Sequence record: SRR22947727_4282
Direction: 5' to 3' (one strand)
Length of the DNA stretch: 20,286 bases
The notes beneath the pieces were generated by a model. The model was not told where the DNA came from, ran no database searches, and was given only the letters and a program-made list of their open reading frames with translations. The translations under genes and the position numbers were made by a program. Positions 1 through 9,992 of this stretch are shown here, piece by piece (positions within the stretch are counted from its first letter, which is position 1; each line of letters begins with the position of its first letter).

Positions 1-1830
1 ACCATCTAAAGCCTTGGGCATCATGACATATCCTGCGGCAAGCTCAAATCGTTTTGAACGCAGGCTGACCAAGCCCTCGGCATGTGATGAGCGACCATTT
101 GGAGTTAGCAAGGTCCGGCCTAAAACCGACAACCCGCCTTGCGTTTCAATTTCGGCGCCGATCAAAAGGTCTGATGTTTGCGATTGCAATCCTGAGCTTT
201 CTGAAAAATCAGGCTCGTTCTTCTCGCGATAGATTTGTCCAATAGCGGCAGATAATTTGGCATTATCGTGGGTTTGCGATGCAAATTTAAGACCTGTTGC
301 CGCCCTCAAACCAACCTCCCGGCGGTCTGGCGCTGGAAAACGGGACAGTTCAAACAGATTTGCCTCATCGAATTCTGCATAAAGGCTTTCTTCATTTGGC
401 AAAGAAAAATTTCTTTGTGAGGCATATTCAAATTGCACAACCGGCTCAATCATTATGCGCCGGTTTGAGCTATTTTTGGCCAGTAAGGGCCAAGCCAATG
501 ATATGGCGCCTGCCCCTGAAAAAGCAGATTGAGACCGGTTATAATTCGTGTCTTGCGCAATCACAAATAGATCAGTGAAAGCCTGGGCCTTAAGGCCAAT
601 TTGTGCACCATTTGAAAACCTGTAAAGATCCCCCCATTGCAAGGTGCCATTCACACGGCTTAGATCGCGCCCGATCTCGTTGATATTAGATTGACGGTGA
701 CTGCCATGGATATCTAAGCCGATCTTAACATCTCCACCAATAAAAGGTTTTGCAAACCGATGTTCAAATTTGTTACTGGCCACAAAAGAAGGGGCGGTTC
801 GATTGCCTCCATAAAGAGAGGTATAATGGCGTATGCTCACGTCATTATACTGACGTCGGGTTGTTTGACTCAGCCGTAGGTTGGATTCGAGAAGGTCCTT
901 CTCTACATATTCATAATCTCCTAAATAACTGAAATCGCTTACGGTTTCTGCCTTGAATTTTAAAGTATAATGCGATGGAAGTTCAGCACTGCCATTTGCA
1001 AACATGTATCCGCGCCATTTGTCTTGGGTTAACCCATCTTTAGAAATCGTGCCTGACGCTTGAAAATCGCCCGCAGCATAGGCTTGACGATAATCCACTT
1101 CGATTGTTTTGGTCACAGGCGATGCATAAGGTGTTAAGGTTACATCGCGGCTTTCGCCAATAGGTATGAAATAAGGCAATTTAAGGCCGTAACCAAGCCG
1201 TGTTGTTGTTTGACTTCGCGGAACAAGAAAGCCTTGCATGCGCTTCACGCCAGGATCTGGAAGGCGTAAATATGGCGTGTAAAAGACTGGAAAATCAAAG
1301 ACATGCAACGTAGCATTTTCAAAAAAGACTTGCCGTTTCACGTTGTCATGATGCATCGTTTTCGCGCGTATTTGCCATAGGGGCGGGTTTTGATTGCAGC
1401 TGTAACAAGAGGTTGCCCGGACCTTGTTCAGTTGCATGAAGCGCGCCTGCGAGCGTTCTAGCGACTTTGCATTAATGCGAAGCTGTTGCTTCAAAACAAG
1501 CCTTGCAGCTTGGAACAGGCCAGCCTTTAAATCGCCATCTATATTCGCCGTTTTGGCTTTTATTTCGTTGCCATCAGTATCTAGAAACTGGATCGGCCCT
1601 GTTATTTCTAATTTATTAAGTGCCTTGTCGTATATAATCTGATTGGCGGTCAATATCCTATCTTGGTGCGAAACATAAACCGACCCGCTGGCCACCAAAC
1701 GCTGGTCTTCGTCAATAAACAGCTGATCAGCGATCAATGTTGCTGGCCCGCTTGCGGCAAGACATTGACTTGCTAAAAAGAGGCTAAAGCTTAAAGCTTT
1801 TAGGAGCACGTGCGCTATCAGGGTTTTCAC
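1..1830 (-). CDS. lptD: LPS-assembly outer membrane protein LptD (partial; 3' end beyond left edge of window)
   Basis: Manual translation from GTG at 1830 (GTGA overlap with the lptG stop): MKTLIAHVLLKALSFSLFLASQCLAASGPATLIADQLFID...RATSCYSCNQNPPLWQIRAKTMHHD...FDFPVFYTPYLRLPDPGVKRMQGFLVP...GYGLKLPYFIPIGESRDVTLTPY. Signal-peptide-like N-terminus and LptD-type motifs; downstream of lptF-lptG. I translated about 1830-1080 by hand; that the frame stays open to base 1 is inferred from its absence in the ORF track. Confidence 0.95.
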   Translation of the reverse strand, partial: MKTLIAHVLLKALSFSLFLASQCLAASGPATLIADQLFIDEDQRLVASGSVYVSHQDRILTANQIIYDKALNKLEITGPIQFLDTDGNEIKAKTANIDGDLKAGLFQAARLVLKQQLRINAKSLERSQARFMQLNKVRATSCYSCNQNPPLWQIRAKTMHHDNVKRQVFFENATLHVFDFPVFYTPYLRLPDPGVKRMQGFLVPRSQTTTRLGYGLKLPYFIPIGESRDVTLTPYASPVTKTIEVDYRQAYAAGDFQASGTISKDGLTQDKWRGYMFANGSAELPSHYTLKFKAETVSDFSYLGDYEYVEKDLLESNLRLSQTTRRQYNDVSIRHYTSLYGGNRTAPSFVASNKFEHRFAKPFIGGDVKIGLDIHGSHRQSNINEIGRDLSRVNGTLQWGDLYRFSNGAQIGLKAQAFTDLFVIAQDTNYNRSQSAFSGAGAISLAWPLLAKNSSNRRIMIEPVVQFEYASQRNFSLPNEESLYAEFDEANLFELSRFPAPDRREVGLRAATGLKFASQTHDNAKLSAAIGQIYREKNEPDFSESSGLQSQTSDLLIGAEIETQGGLSVLGRTLLTPNGRSSHAEGLVSLRSKRFELAAGYVMMPKALDG

Positions 1831-2924
1831 GCAGCATCCTCCATCTGCAACATCAACCCAAAGGCAAGCGCAAGGGCTGCAATGGGCGGCGACCAGGCCG
1901 ATAAAAAAATTGGCAATTGTCCATTTTCACCCAATATCTGAACAAAATTACGAATGAAATGCAGCCCAAAGCCTAGCAATATAGCGCTTAAAATTGACAG
2001 ACCAGTGCCACCAAGGCGAGCAGGTCGCATTGTAAAGGCGGCGGCTACCATCGTTAGAGCCATTAGAAATAACGGGCGCGCCAATTCTGATTGGAACCAA
2101 AGCTGATGTCTGCGGGCGGAAAACCCTGCAGCCTTTAATTGGGCAACAGTTTCAGGCAATTTCCATAAAGATACGGAACCCGGCTTGCCAAATCGATCGC
2201 GAATTTGATCTTGTGTGAGAGTGGATGGAAGTTCGAGGTTTTTAGAGAACTGCGCAGTTTCCTCTGGATTGCTACCCGGCAACAGCAACCAGGTTTTTGC
2301 CTCTTTAAGCTCCCATTTGCCAATTTGTAATGAGGCTGTTTTTGCCTCTATGCGCTTATTTAAGCCGCCATTTTTAGTGTAGTTTAATAAGCTAACATCA
2401 TAAAGCTTCGTGCCGTCAAAGTTAGTACGCTCGGCGTGAATAACAGTTTGCCCGGCGCTATCGCCCTGACGCAGCCATAGACCTTCTCTACCGATAGAAA
2501 ATACCGATCGACCTCCGCTGTCAAATTCTTCTCTCAAATCTATATAATATTTCGACGTGGATGCCACGATTGGATTAAATAGCCCAATAATTATGAGCCC
2601 CAACAGGCCTGCTATTAAAATCGGTCCAGCGAGTGTTGTGAGGCTGGATTGGCCCGCGCCCCGAGCAATGATAAACTCGCTCGATTTGTTCAAATTTGCG
2701 AAAAGCAAAACGGCAGAAATAATCATGATTAAAGGCAGGATTTGATATATTGATTTGGGGGTATTCAGAGTGGCCAGAAGAAGAACATTTCGAAAGGAAA
2801 CGCTATCATCAAGCCAGCGCATTTGATTTACCAGATCGATCAGCAACATGAATACAAAGAATACTGCAAAAACTGCGCTAAAAGACTTTAAAAACCTACT
2901 CGAGAAATAATAGTGAAGCGTCAT
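1827..2924 (-). CDS. lptG: LPS export ABC transporter permease LptG
   Basis: 365 aa, YjgP/YjgQ architecture: N-terminal TM helices, SEFIIARGAG motif, periplasmic beta-rich region (GLWLRQGD), C-terminal TM helices; ATGA overlap with lptF. Confidence 0.93.
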   Translation of the reverse strand: MTLHYYFSSRFLKSFSAVFAVFFVFMLLIDLVNQMRWLDDSVSFRNVLLLATLNTPKSIYQILPLIMIISAVLLFANLNKSSEFIIARGAGQSSLTTLAGPILIAGLLGLIIIGLFNPIVASTSKYYIDLREEFDSGGRSVFSIGREGLWLRQGDSAGQTVIHAERTNFDGTKLYDVSLLNYTKNGGLNKRIEAKTASLQIGKWELKEAKTWLLLPGSNPEETAQFSKNLELPSTLTQDQIRDRFGKPGSVSLWKLPETVAQLKAAGFSARRHQLWFQSELARPLFLMALTMVAAAFTMRPARLGGTGLSILSAILLGFGLHFIRNFVQILGENGQLPIFLSAWSPPIAALALAFGLMLQMEDAA

Positions 2925-4051
2925 GAGGGAACCTGATCAGTCAAATCTACGCTGCGTTTAAACGGTTTGGCTGCGAAGGCTAGTAAACCATAACTCATCA
3001 TCCCTCCAACCAACGTCGGGGCATAAATAAGGGGCCAATAAGACGGATTGCTGCGCAGCAGATCTCCCAATGCGCTTTCGGTAAGCTTGATCAAAATCAA
3101 CAATAAAATCGCCAATAAAATTTGTGGGCCAGATCCAAACCGGCTAAAGCTTGCCAGAAGAAGGCTCGCGAAACCGATAAAGGCCGCAACGATGCATAAA
3201 AGCGCCTCTTGAATACGGTTGTGTACTTCTTTGTGTAAGCGCTCCAAAGGTGTTTTGGTTTCTTGCAGAATGAGGGATTGTTCAACAATCAGCTCATAGC
3301 TCGAAATGGAACTTAAACCTCGTTTTAAAACTTTTTGGGTTCCGACAAGATTGCTTACATCATAGGATAAATCTGAAAATAAAGTTGTTGAAAGTGCATT
3401 CGTATCCTGCTGGTATCTCTGCGCCAGCCCGTTGACCATGATCAACATGCTGCGCTCACCCTCGCGCAGCAGATAGGCCGTCTCTGCGCTGTAAACAATA
3501 TTTGTGGTCTCACTGCGGTGATCTGCAAGCAGGACATCCTTTAATTCACCAGTCGATGTTATTTCCCGGATGTAGAAGGTTATTCCCGGGCTGGGATGTA
3601 AGAAAACACCCTCTCTCAACAGCCGCGCCGAAATACTGCCCGCAATTTCTTGCTCCCGTTGTTTCAAATGCGCATTGCTAACCGGAACGATAAAATGGGT
3701 TAAAACTGACATAAAGAGCGCAACGATCAGCCCAAATGCCATAACAGGCCGCATCAAACGCCACGGGCTAAAACCAGTTGCCTGCACAACGGTTAATTCG
3801 CTTTCACTGCTGAGCCGATTGGCTACAAAAACCATCGACGCAAAGGCGGACATAGGCAGTATCATGGCAATCACTTTTGGGATTGCTAACAGCGAAAACT
3901 CTAAAAAAACCTGCGCGGAATGACCGCCGGATATCAAACGGTCAAACAGAATGACCGCCGTATTAACCCAATAAACCAGGACCAACACCAATGAGAAAAA
4001 TCCGAATACGACCAAAAATTGGAAAAACAAATAACGGTCAAAGCGTGACAC
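2921..4051 (-). CDS. lptF: LPS export ABC transporter permease LptF
   Basis: 376 aa, MSRFDRYL start, NRLSSESELTVVQATGFSPWRLMRP motif; paralog in tandem with lptG and divergent from pepA; GTG start with GGGA upstream. Confidence 0.93.
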   Translation of the reverse strand: MSRFDRYLFFQFLVVFGFFSLVLVLVYWVNTAVILFDRLISGGHSAQVFLEFSLLAIPKVIAMILPMSAFASMVFVANRLSSESELTVVQATGFSPWRLMRPVMAFGLIVALFMSVLTHFIVPVSNAHLKQREQEIAGSISARLLREGVFLHPSPGITFYIREITSTGELKDVLLADHRSETTNIVYSAETAYLLREGERSMLIMVNGLAQRYQQDTNALSTTLFSDLSYDVSNLVGTQKVLKRGLSSISSYELIVEQSLILQETKTPLERLHKEVHNRIQEALLCIVAAFIGFASLLLASFSRFGSGPQILLAILLLILIKLTESALGDLLRSNPSYWPLIYAPTLVGGMMSYGLLAFAAKPFKRSVDLTDQVPS

Positions 4052-4175
4052 TTAAATCCCCAGTGGCGTTCTACGATCAAACATGGTTTACCTCAAAGTG
4101 ATCGCGGGGAAAACTGTTAACTATGCAGATAGGCCTGGAAAACGATTTTATCTTGTAAATTCTGAGGAGATCTTC

Positions 4176-5648
4176 ATGCCGCCTTATGGAAATTTTAGTT
4201 TTGAAAGTACTGCCTGGGATGAAATCGCAGATTACACCGACCATTTGGTCGTAACGGTAACGCGTGAGGGAGGTCTTTCGACTATGGCGCGGCGTGTCAA
4301 CGCGATGTCAAAGGGCGCCATCAAGCGCGCCGTTGAACATCAAAGCTTTCAAGGCTGCAAGGCTGCGGATGTGATTACGCTCTCGTATCCAAGCGGTTTA
4401 AAGGCAACAGCGATCCAGCTTGTGGTTTTAGAACGTGGCGAGAAACCAGAGATTGTGCGCAAAGCCGGCGTCGCATTGGCAAAACGTTTATCGGGGAAAT
4501 CAGCTGTGATTTTACTCGGGGCTTTACGCCATTCTGAGCAATTTTGCTTAGGGTTGGCCCTAAGGAGTTATAAATTCCAAAATTATAAGTCTGCAGCGCA
4601 GGATAAAGGCCCAGATTATCGCGTTATGCATGATAAGTTGAGCAATTTGCGCTCCGATTTTGAAACCGCACTTTCGATTGCCGACGGGGTATGTCTGACG
4701 CGTGATCTTGTCTCCATGCCCGCGAATATTTTAACAACCGAAACATTCGCCGATCATTTGCTGTCATTAGCAGAGCATGGCTTGAAAGTTGAGATTTTGG
4801 ATGAAGATCACCTGAAAGAGCTTGGGATGGGTGCCCTTTTAAGCGTTGGGCAGGGGTCAAAAAGCCCATCGAAATTAGTGATTTTAGAGTGGCAGGGGGC
4901 CGAAGACGCCGCAGCGCCGTTGGCCTTGGCTGGCAAAGGTGTCGTGTTTGACACCGGCGGCATATCTATGAAACCGGCTGCTGGCATGGAAGAAATGACC
5001 ATGGATATGGGCGGTGCAGGTGTGGTTGCGGGTACGATGTTGGCCCTGGCAAAGCGCAAGGCGAAGGCCAATGTGGTTGGCTTGGTTGGTTTGGTGGAAA
5101 ACATGCCTTCGGGCGAGGCAATGCGGCCTGGTGATGTTGTGACCTCCCTCAAGGGTGACACGATTGAAGTGTTGAACACGGATGCCGAAGGCCGTTTGGT
5201 GCTGTGTGACGTGATGTGGTATGCGCAGGATCGTTTCAAGCCCTGCGCGATGATTGATCTTGCCACTCTGACAGGGGCGATCATCGTCGGGTTGGGCCAT
5301 GAAAATGCCGGTGTTTTTTCCAACGATGATCAGTTTTGCTTAACCTTACTGGGGGCCGCAGGGCGCGAACAAGAAGGCGCTTGGAGGATGCCGCTGTCGC
5401 CAGCCTATGATAAATTGTTAAAATCGCCCATAGCCGACATGAAAAATATTGGCGGGCGGGCCGCTGGCTCGATCACCGCTGCGCAGTTTTTGCAGCGCTT
5501 TGTAAAAGACGATTTACCTTGGGCGCATATTGATATTGCCGGAGTGGCGAAGGTTAAGTCGGACACCGCGCATTCTGGCGCTGGAGCGACCGGTTGGGGT
5601 GTCATGACGCTGAATCGTTTGGTCCAAGAGATGCTTGAAACAGGATAA
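4176..5648 (+). CDS. pepA: Leucyl (cytosol) aminopeptidase, peptidase M17
   Basis: M17 motifs GKGVVFDTGG, MTMDMGGA, NTDAEGRL, DLATLTGA; ATG at 4176 preceded by GAGGAG, preferred over the track start at 4083. Confidence 0.96.
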   Translation: MPPYGNFSFESTAWDEIADYTDHLVVTVTREGGLSTMARRVNAMSKGAIKRAVEHQSFQGCKAADVITLSYPSGLKATAIQLVVLERGEKPEIVRKAGVALAKRLSGKSAVILLGALRHSEQFCLGLALRSYKFQNYKSAAQDKGPDYRVMHDKLSNLRSDFETALSIADGVCLTRDLVSMPANILTTETFADHLLSLAEHGLKVEILDEDHLKELGMGALLSVGQGSKSPSKLVILEWQGAEDAAAPLALAGKGVVFDTGGISMKPAAGMEEMTMDMGGAGVVAGTMLALAKRKAKANVVGLVGLVENMPSGEAMRPGDVVTSLKGDTIEVLNTDAEGRLVLCDVMWYAQDRFKPCAMIDLATLTGAIIVGLGHENAGVFSNDDQFCLTLLGAAGREQEGAWRMPLSPAYDKLLKSPIADMKNIGGRAAGSITAAQFLQRFVKDDLPWAHIDIAGVAKVKSDTAHSGAGATGWGVMTLNRLVQEMLETG

Positions 5649-5651
5649 ACT

Positions 5652-6104
5652 ATGGGGGCTGTATATTTTTATCATCTCACGCAGCATCCTCTTGAAACGA
5701 CGCTGCCGGTTTTGCTGCAAAAGGCCGTTGCGGCCGGTTGGCGCACAGAGGTGCGGGGCACTGATGCTGCCAGAATGGCATGGTTAGATGAAAGGCTTTG
5801 GGTGCAGCAAACCGATGGGTTTTTGCCACATGCGTTGGAAAGCGAAGCGGAGGCAAGCGAAAGCCCAGTCGTGCTCAGCACCGAACCCGTTGATAATGTC
5901 CGCTGTAAAATGATCGTAGATGGCGCCTTGGTGAGCGCGGCAGAGGTGCAGGCTTGCGAGCGCGTCTGTGTCTTATTTGATGGTCATAACCCGGATGCCA
6001 CTCAAGCGGCGCGAGATCTTTGGAAAACTCTGACACAATCTGGTTGTTCCGCGCAATATTGGTCGGAAGAATCCGGAAAATGGACTAAAAAGGCAGAAGC
6101 TTAA
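5652..6104 (+). CDS. holC: DNA polymerase III subunit chi
   Basis: 150 aa, VYFYHLT...LDERLW...FLPH motifs; 3 nt after the pepA stop with AGGA upstream; known pepA-holC pairing. Confidence 0.93.
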   Translation: MGAVYFYHLTQHPLETTLPVLLQKAVAAGWRTEVRGTDAARMAWLDERLWVQQTDGFLPHALESEAEASESPVVLSTEPVDNVRCKMIVDGALVSAAEVQACERVCVLFDGHNPDATQAARDLWKTLTQSGCSAQYWSEESGKWTKKAEA

Positions 6105-6679
6105 CGCCAGATTGAAATGTGCTCTTGGGTGATTTCCAGGCGTGAAAATTTGCTCAGATAGCTCATGCCCAATAATGACACTGGTAGCTTTCCGGCATTG
6201 ACATAAGCGGCGATGTTACGATCCACATGCCTTTCCAGCGCAACCGTGGCCAGGCGCACCGGGGCCAATTTCACTTCTCCATTGGCGGTATTCGCGCTGT
6301 CCCAAAACTCCAATTTGTTAGGATCAAACCCCAGTTTTTGTGCATCTTTTTGACTGAGAATAACGGTTGTGGCCCCGGTATCGATTAAAAAAGGGATCTC
6401 TATGCCATTGACGTTTAAAGTCACATGAAAATGGCCATCCGCCTGTTTCGGAATAAGAATCGCGCCGTCTTGCAGCAACAGTTTTTTTGCAGGTGCGCTG
6501 TTTTTGCCGATATCGCTCCAAAGCGCGGCCGCAAAAGCCACCCCGGCTATTATCAAAAGCCATGTTGCACATTGACGGAGCGTTTTCCAAAGGCCTGTGC
6601 GAGACATCAGGACCGACCCGATCAAAACGGCCGTAAGCAACGTTAAATATGTGAGATGGGCATAATCGATATTTGGCAC
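6101..6679 (-). CDS. Membrane-anchored clan AA retropepsin-like aspartic protease (TIGR02281 type)
   Basis: Two N-terminal TM segments, DGHF, FLIDTGAT catalytic motif, TANG, SLLGMSYL. Start is GTG 6679 (just after the marC stop) or GTG 6703. Confidence 0.88.
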   Translation of the reverse strand: MPNIDYAHLTYLTLLTAVLIGSVLMSRTGLWKTLRQCATWLLIIAGVAFAAALWSDIGKNSAPAKKLLLQDGAILIPKQADGHFHVTLNVNGIEIPFLIDTGATTVILSQKDAQKLGFDPNKLEFWDSANTANGEVKLAPVRLATVALERHVDRNIAAYVNAGKLPVSLLGMSYLSKFSRLEITQEHISIWR

Positions 6680-6683
6680 GGCG

Positions 6684-7322
6684 CTACTTTTGAAAAATTT
6701 CACTCAACACAGGCGATAATCCTTCCAAGATAAACTGAACGGCCAAGGCGGCAAGCAGCATTCCAAGCAATCTGGTGACAACTTCGGTTCCGGTGTCGCC
6801 CAAGGCTTTTTCAATCATAGGCGCGGTTAAAAAGCATAGAAACACCAAGATGATGACGGCCAGCATTACCAAGCTAAGCGTGATCGTTCCGGCAATATCG
6901 GGATGCGTTGATGAAAGTAAAATCATCGTGGTAATTGCGCCTGGCCCCGCGATTAAAGGAATGGCAAGGGGGAATACCGAAGGATCATTTTCTGCCGGTT
7001 CAGCATCGCTTTGCGCTGCGCGGCGCTTGCGTCGCCCCGTGAACAACATATCAAGCGCCGTAAGAAACAACAGCACACCGCCTGAAATCCGAAACGCCGG
7101 TAACGAAATGCCCAGAAAGGTTAACACCGACTCACCAAATAGGCAGAAAATCAACAGAATGACCGCCCCGATCACTGTTGCTCGCAACGCAATGGCTCGC
7201 CGCGCCGCAATGGTTTCGCCATTGGTCAAGCTTACAAACACCGGGGTTAATCCGATCGGATCAATGATGACGAAGAGTGTTACGAAAGATGTGATAAAAA
7301 GCGTGGTGCTGAAATCAAACAA
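6684..7322 (-). CDS. MarC family integral membrane protein
   Basis: FVIIDPIG, AFRISGGVLLF, VFPLAIPLIAGPGAIT, TRLLGMLLAALAVQFILEG; TTG start at 7322 with AAGGA 9 nt upstream (the track start at 7493 overlaps the ABC-F gene). Confidence 0.92.
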   Translation of the reverse strand: MFDFSTTLFITSFVTLFVIIDPIGLTPVFVSLTNGETIAARRAIALRATVIGAVILLIFCLFGESVLTFLGISLPAFRISGGVLLFLTALDMLFTGRRKRRAAQSDAEPAENDPSVFPLAIPLIAGPGAITTMILLSSTHPDIAGTITLSLVMLAVIILVFLCFLTAPMIEKALGDTGTEVVTRLLGMLLAALAVQFILEGLSPVLSEIFQK

Positions 7323-7447
7323 AATTTTATATCCTTTTAAACATGCATCGTTCAAACCGGCTTTGCAATGGCTCTCTTTAAGCCCTGTAGATGCCGCAAT
7401 TGCTTCTTGCAAAGGGCGATTGGCGTAAAATCGGCCAGCCTTTAAAA

Positions 7448-9301
7448 CTAATGGTTTTCGGCTGATTCCAGTTTTTCTTGGGCCGCCAACCAAAGCGCTT
7501 CGGCGCGTTCAAGCGCCTCCATGACTTCGGCGTATTTTTTGTTCCAAGTTGCCAATTCGCCAATTCGAGTATCGTCATAAAGCGCAGAATCGGCAAGTTT
7601 TATTGCCAATTTATCGCGCATTTCATTTAACTTTTCCAGCCGCGCCTCGGATTTGCGAACATCGCTGCGCAGCGAAAGTATTTTTTCGCGGCTTGTCGCT
7701 TTAGGACGCTCGGCCTTGCTTGGGGTTTTCTTAGATGGCTTATCCGCGCTGAGCAATTGTTTGCGATAGCTTTCCAGATCTTCTTCATAGGGCGTTACGC
7801 GGCCGTTATTCACAAGCCATAACCGGTCCGCCACCAATTCCAAAAGATGCATATCATGGCTTACTAAAATCACGGCTCCAGAATAGGCGGTTAGGGCCTC
7901 AACCAAAGCTTCCCGGCTTTCGATATCCAAGTGGTTGGTCGGTTCATCAAGGATCAAAAGATGTGGGGCGTCAATCGTCGCTAACAATAAAGACAGTCGC
8001 GCCTTTTGCCCGCCGGATAATCGGCCAACAAGCGTTTCTGCTTGTTCTGCGCCAATCCCAAAGCCACCCAATATTGCGCGCAGCTGCGCCGGTGTTTTAG
8101 AGGGCCGCAGGCGTCGCACGTGATCAATCGGTGTTTCATCAACATAAAGTTCATCGACTTGATGTTGGGCGAAATAGCCGATGCGTAATTTTGAGGATTG
8201 AACCAGCTGTCCCGCCAAAGGCTTCAAGCGCCCCGAAATCAATTTGGCCAGCGTTGATTTTCCCTGACCGTTTTGGCCCAAAAGCGCAATGCGATCATCT
8301 TGATCAATACGCAAATCCAATCGGGATAAAACGGTGGTTTCGCCATATCCGGCGATACCGTTTTCAATCCTTAGGATTGGCGGCGATAGCTCTTCGGGTG
8401 TGGGAAAACTAAAGCGGCGCAACGCCGCTTCTTGCGGGCGCGTGATTGGCTCTAACCGAGCGATGGCTTTGAGGCGTGATTGTGCCTGGCGGGCTTTATC
8501 GGCCTTATAGCGAAACCGATCCACATAGGATTGCAAATGCGCACGGCGGGTTTCTTGTTTTTTGGCTTCGGATTCTGCGGCGGCCAAGCGCGCGGCTCGG
8601 GTCTTTGCGAAAGTGTCATATCCGCCGCCATAAAGTTGCAGTTTTTTGTCCTCTAAATGTAAAATCGTGCTGACTGATCGGTTTAATAGGCCGCGATCAT
8701 GGCTTACGATTAAAACTGTATGGGGGTATTTGAGGAGGTAGTTTTCAAGCCAAAGCGCGCCTTCCAAATCCAGATAGTTTGTTGGTTCATCCAAAAGCAG
8801 CACGTCGGGTTGTGAAAACAAAACCGCCGCCAAGGCCACGCGCATCCGCCAGCCCCCTGAAAAAGCGCTGCACGGCATCTGCTGTTTTTCTGAATTAAAG
8901 CCCAGCCCACGCAAAATACTGCTTGCACGTGCCTCAGCCGACCATGCATCGATATCCGCCAGACGGGTTTGGATATCGCTGATCCGGGCCGCATCGGTGG
9001 CCCGCTCAGATTCTTTCAGCAAATTGGCCCGTTCAAAATCTGCGGCTAAAACCGTATCGATCAGAGAAACCTCATTTCCGGGTACTTCTTGAGCGACGCC
9101 GCCAATTTTGGCTTGGCGGGGCAAGGTGATGCTGCCCCCCTCTAATCCCAATTCGCCACGGATCAAACGAAACAACGTGGTTTTACCCGTGCCATTTCGC
9201 CCCACAACGCCCACTTTATGCCCTGCCGGAATAATTGCCGTTGCGTTTTCGAGCAAAAGCCGGCCTTCCACGGAATAGCTGATATCGTTAATTTTCAACA
9301 T
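7448..9301 (-). CDS. ABC-F family ribosome-associated ATPase (YheS/Uup-like)
   Basis: 617 aa, two ABC domains (GRNGTGKT/FSGGW/LLLDEPTN and GQNGQGKS/LSGGQ/LILDEPTN), helical linker, no TM segments, charged helical C-terminal extension. Confidence 0.93.
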   Translation of the reverse strand: MLKINDISYSVEGRLLLENATAIIPAGHKVGVVGRNGTGKTTLFRLIRGELGLEGGSITLPRQAKIGGVAQEVPGNEVSLIDTVLAADFERANLLKESERATDAARISDIQTRLADIDAWSAEARASSILRGLGFNSEKQQMPCSAFSGGWRMRVALAAVLFSQPDVLLLDEPTNYLDLEGALWLENYLLKYPHTVLIVSHDRGLLNRSVSTILHLEDKKLQLYGGGYDTFAKTRAARLAAAESEAKKQETRRAHLQSYVDRFRYKADKARQAQSRLKAIARLEPITRPQEAALRRFSFPTPEELSPPILRIENGIAGYGETTVLSRLDLRIDQDDRIALLGQNGQGKSTLAKLISGRLKPLAGQLVQSSKLRIGYFAQHQVDELYVDETPIDHVRRLRPSKTPAQLRAILGGFGIGAEQAETLVGRLSGGQKARLSLLLATIDAPHLLILDEPTNHLDIESREALVEALTAYSGAVILVSHDMHLLELVADRLWLVNNGRVTPYEEDLESYRKQLLSADKPSKKTPSKAERPKATSREKILSLRSDVRKSEARLEKLNEMRDKLAIKLADSALYDDTRIGELATWNKKYAEVMEALERAEALWLAAQEKLESAENH

Positions 9302-9506
9302 GCGCGTGGCTTAGCAGGCAGCTTTATGAGACACCAGTTGCAAATCGCAAGATAAAAGCAAATCGAAAGCTTTTTTAAACCAGCCGTCTTTGTTGTGATG
9401 TTTTTCCAAAAGCGGCTTTTCAAAAGCGCGACGTCATGTTAGGGCGCTAGCGTTTTCATGGCGGTGGGCAAGGGGTCTGCCGCTTTGGTAAAAAGGATAA
9501 TCTAAC

Positions 9507-9929
9507 ATGGCTCTCGAGCGTACTTTCAGCATCATCAAACCCGATGCAACCCGTCGGAACTTAACCGGCAAAATCAATGCAAAATTTGAAGAGGCAGGTT
9601 TGCGTGTTGTTGCGCAAAAACGCATTCATATGACAAAAGCCCAAGCTGGTGTGTTTTATGGCGTGCATGCAGAGCGCCCGTTTTATGATGAGCTTTGTGA
9701 GTTCATGTCCTCCGAGCCCGTCATTGTACAGGTTCTGGAAGGCGAGGGCGCAATTGCAAAAAATCGCGAAGTGATGGGCGCAACCAACCCAGCCGATGCA
9801 GCTGCCGGTACGATCCGCGCAGAATTTGCAGAATCTGTGGGCGAAAACTCAGTTCATGGTTCTGACGCACCGGAAACAGCTGCAGAAGAAATCGCATATT
9901 TCTTTTCCGGTATCGAGCTGGTTGGCTAA
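9507..9929 (+). CDS. ndk: Nucleoside diphosphate kinase
   Basis: 140 aa, [28 protein letters not shown] catalytic His motif; AAGGA upstream. Confidence 0.99.
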   Translation: MALERTFSIIKPDATRRNLTGKINAKFEEAGLRVVAQKRIHMTKAQAGVFYGVHAERPFYDELCEFMSSEPVIVQVLEGEGAIAKNREVMGATNPADAAAGTIRAEFAESVGENSVHGSDAPETAAEEIAYFFSGIELVG

Positions 9930-9992
9930 ACCACTTTAAGGCATATTGGGGTAGAGGCTGCGCTTTTGTGAGCAATATGCGTTTACCCAATC

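Noticed and set aside
14..1642. Short plus-strand ORFs (14-232, 297-578, 750-932, 1424-1642)
   Set aside because: Antisense to lptD with no recognisable motifs
4083..4175. 31-aa N-terminal extension of PepA in the ORF track
   Set aside because: A strong GAGGAG SD precedes ATG 4176, and the extension would fill the divergent promoter region
4624..5881. Minus-strand ORFs up to 171 aa within pepA-holC
   Set aside because: Antisense shadow frames of conserved genes
6101..6679. Retropepsin-like protease as a sign of a retroelement or prophage
   Set aside because: Membrane-anchored chromosomal family; no reverse transcriptase, integrase or phage genes nearby
6775..7428. 217-aa plus-strand ORF
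   Set aside because: Antisense shadow of the MarC gene with no family motif
7448..9301. ABC-F and adjacent MarC as an antibiotic-resistance module
   Set aside because: The ABC-F looks like a housekeeping YheS/Uup-type factor and MarC proteins are not established resistance determinants
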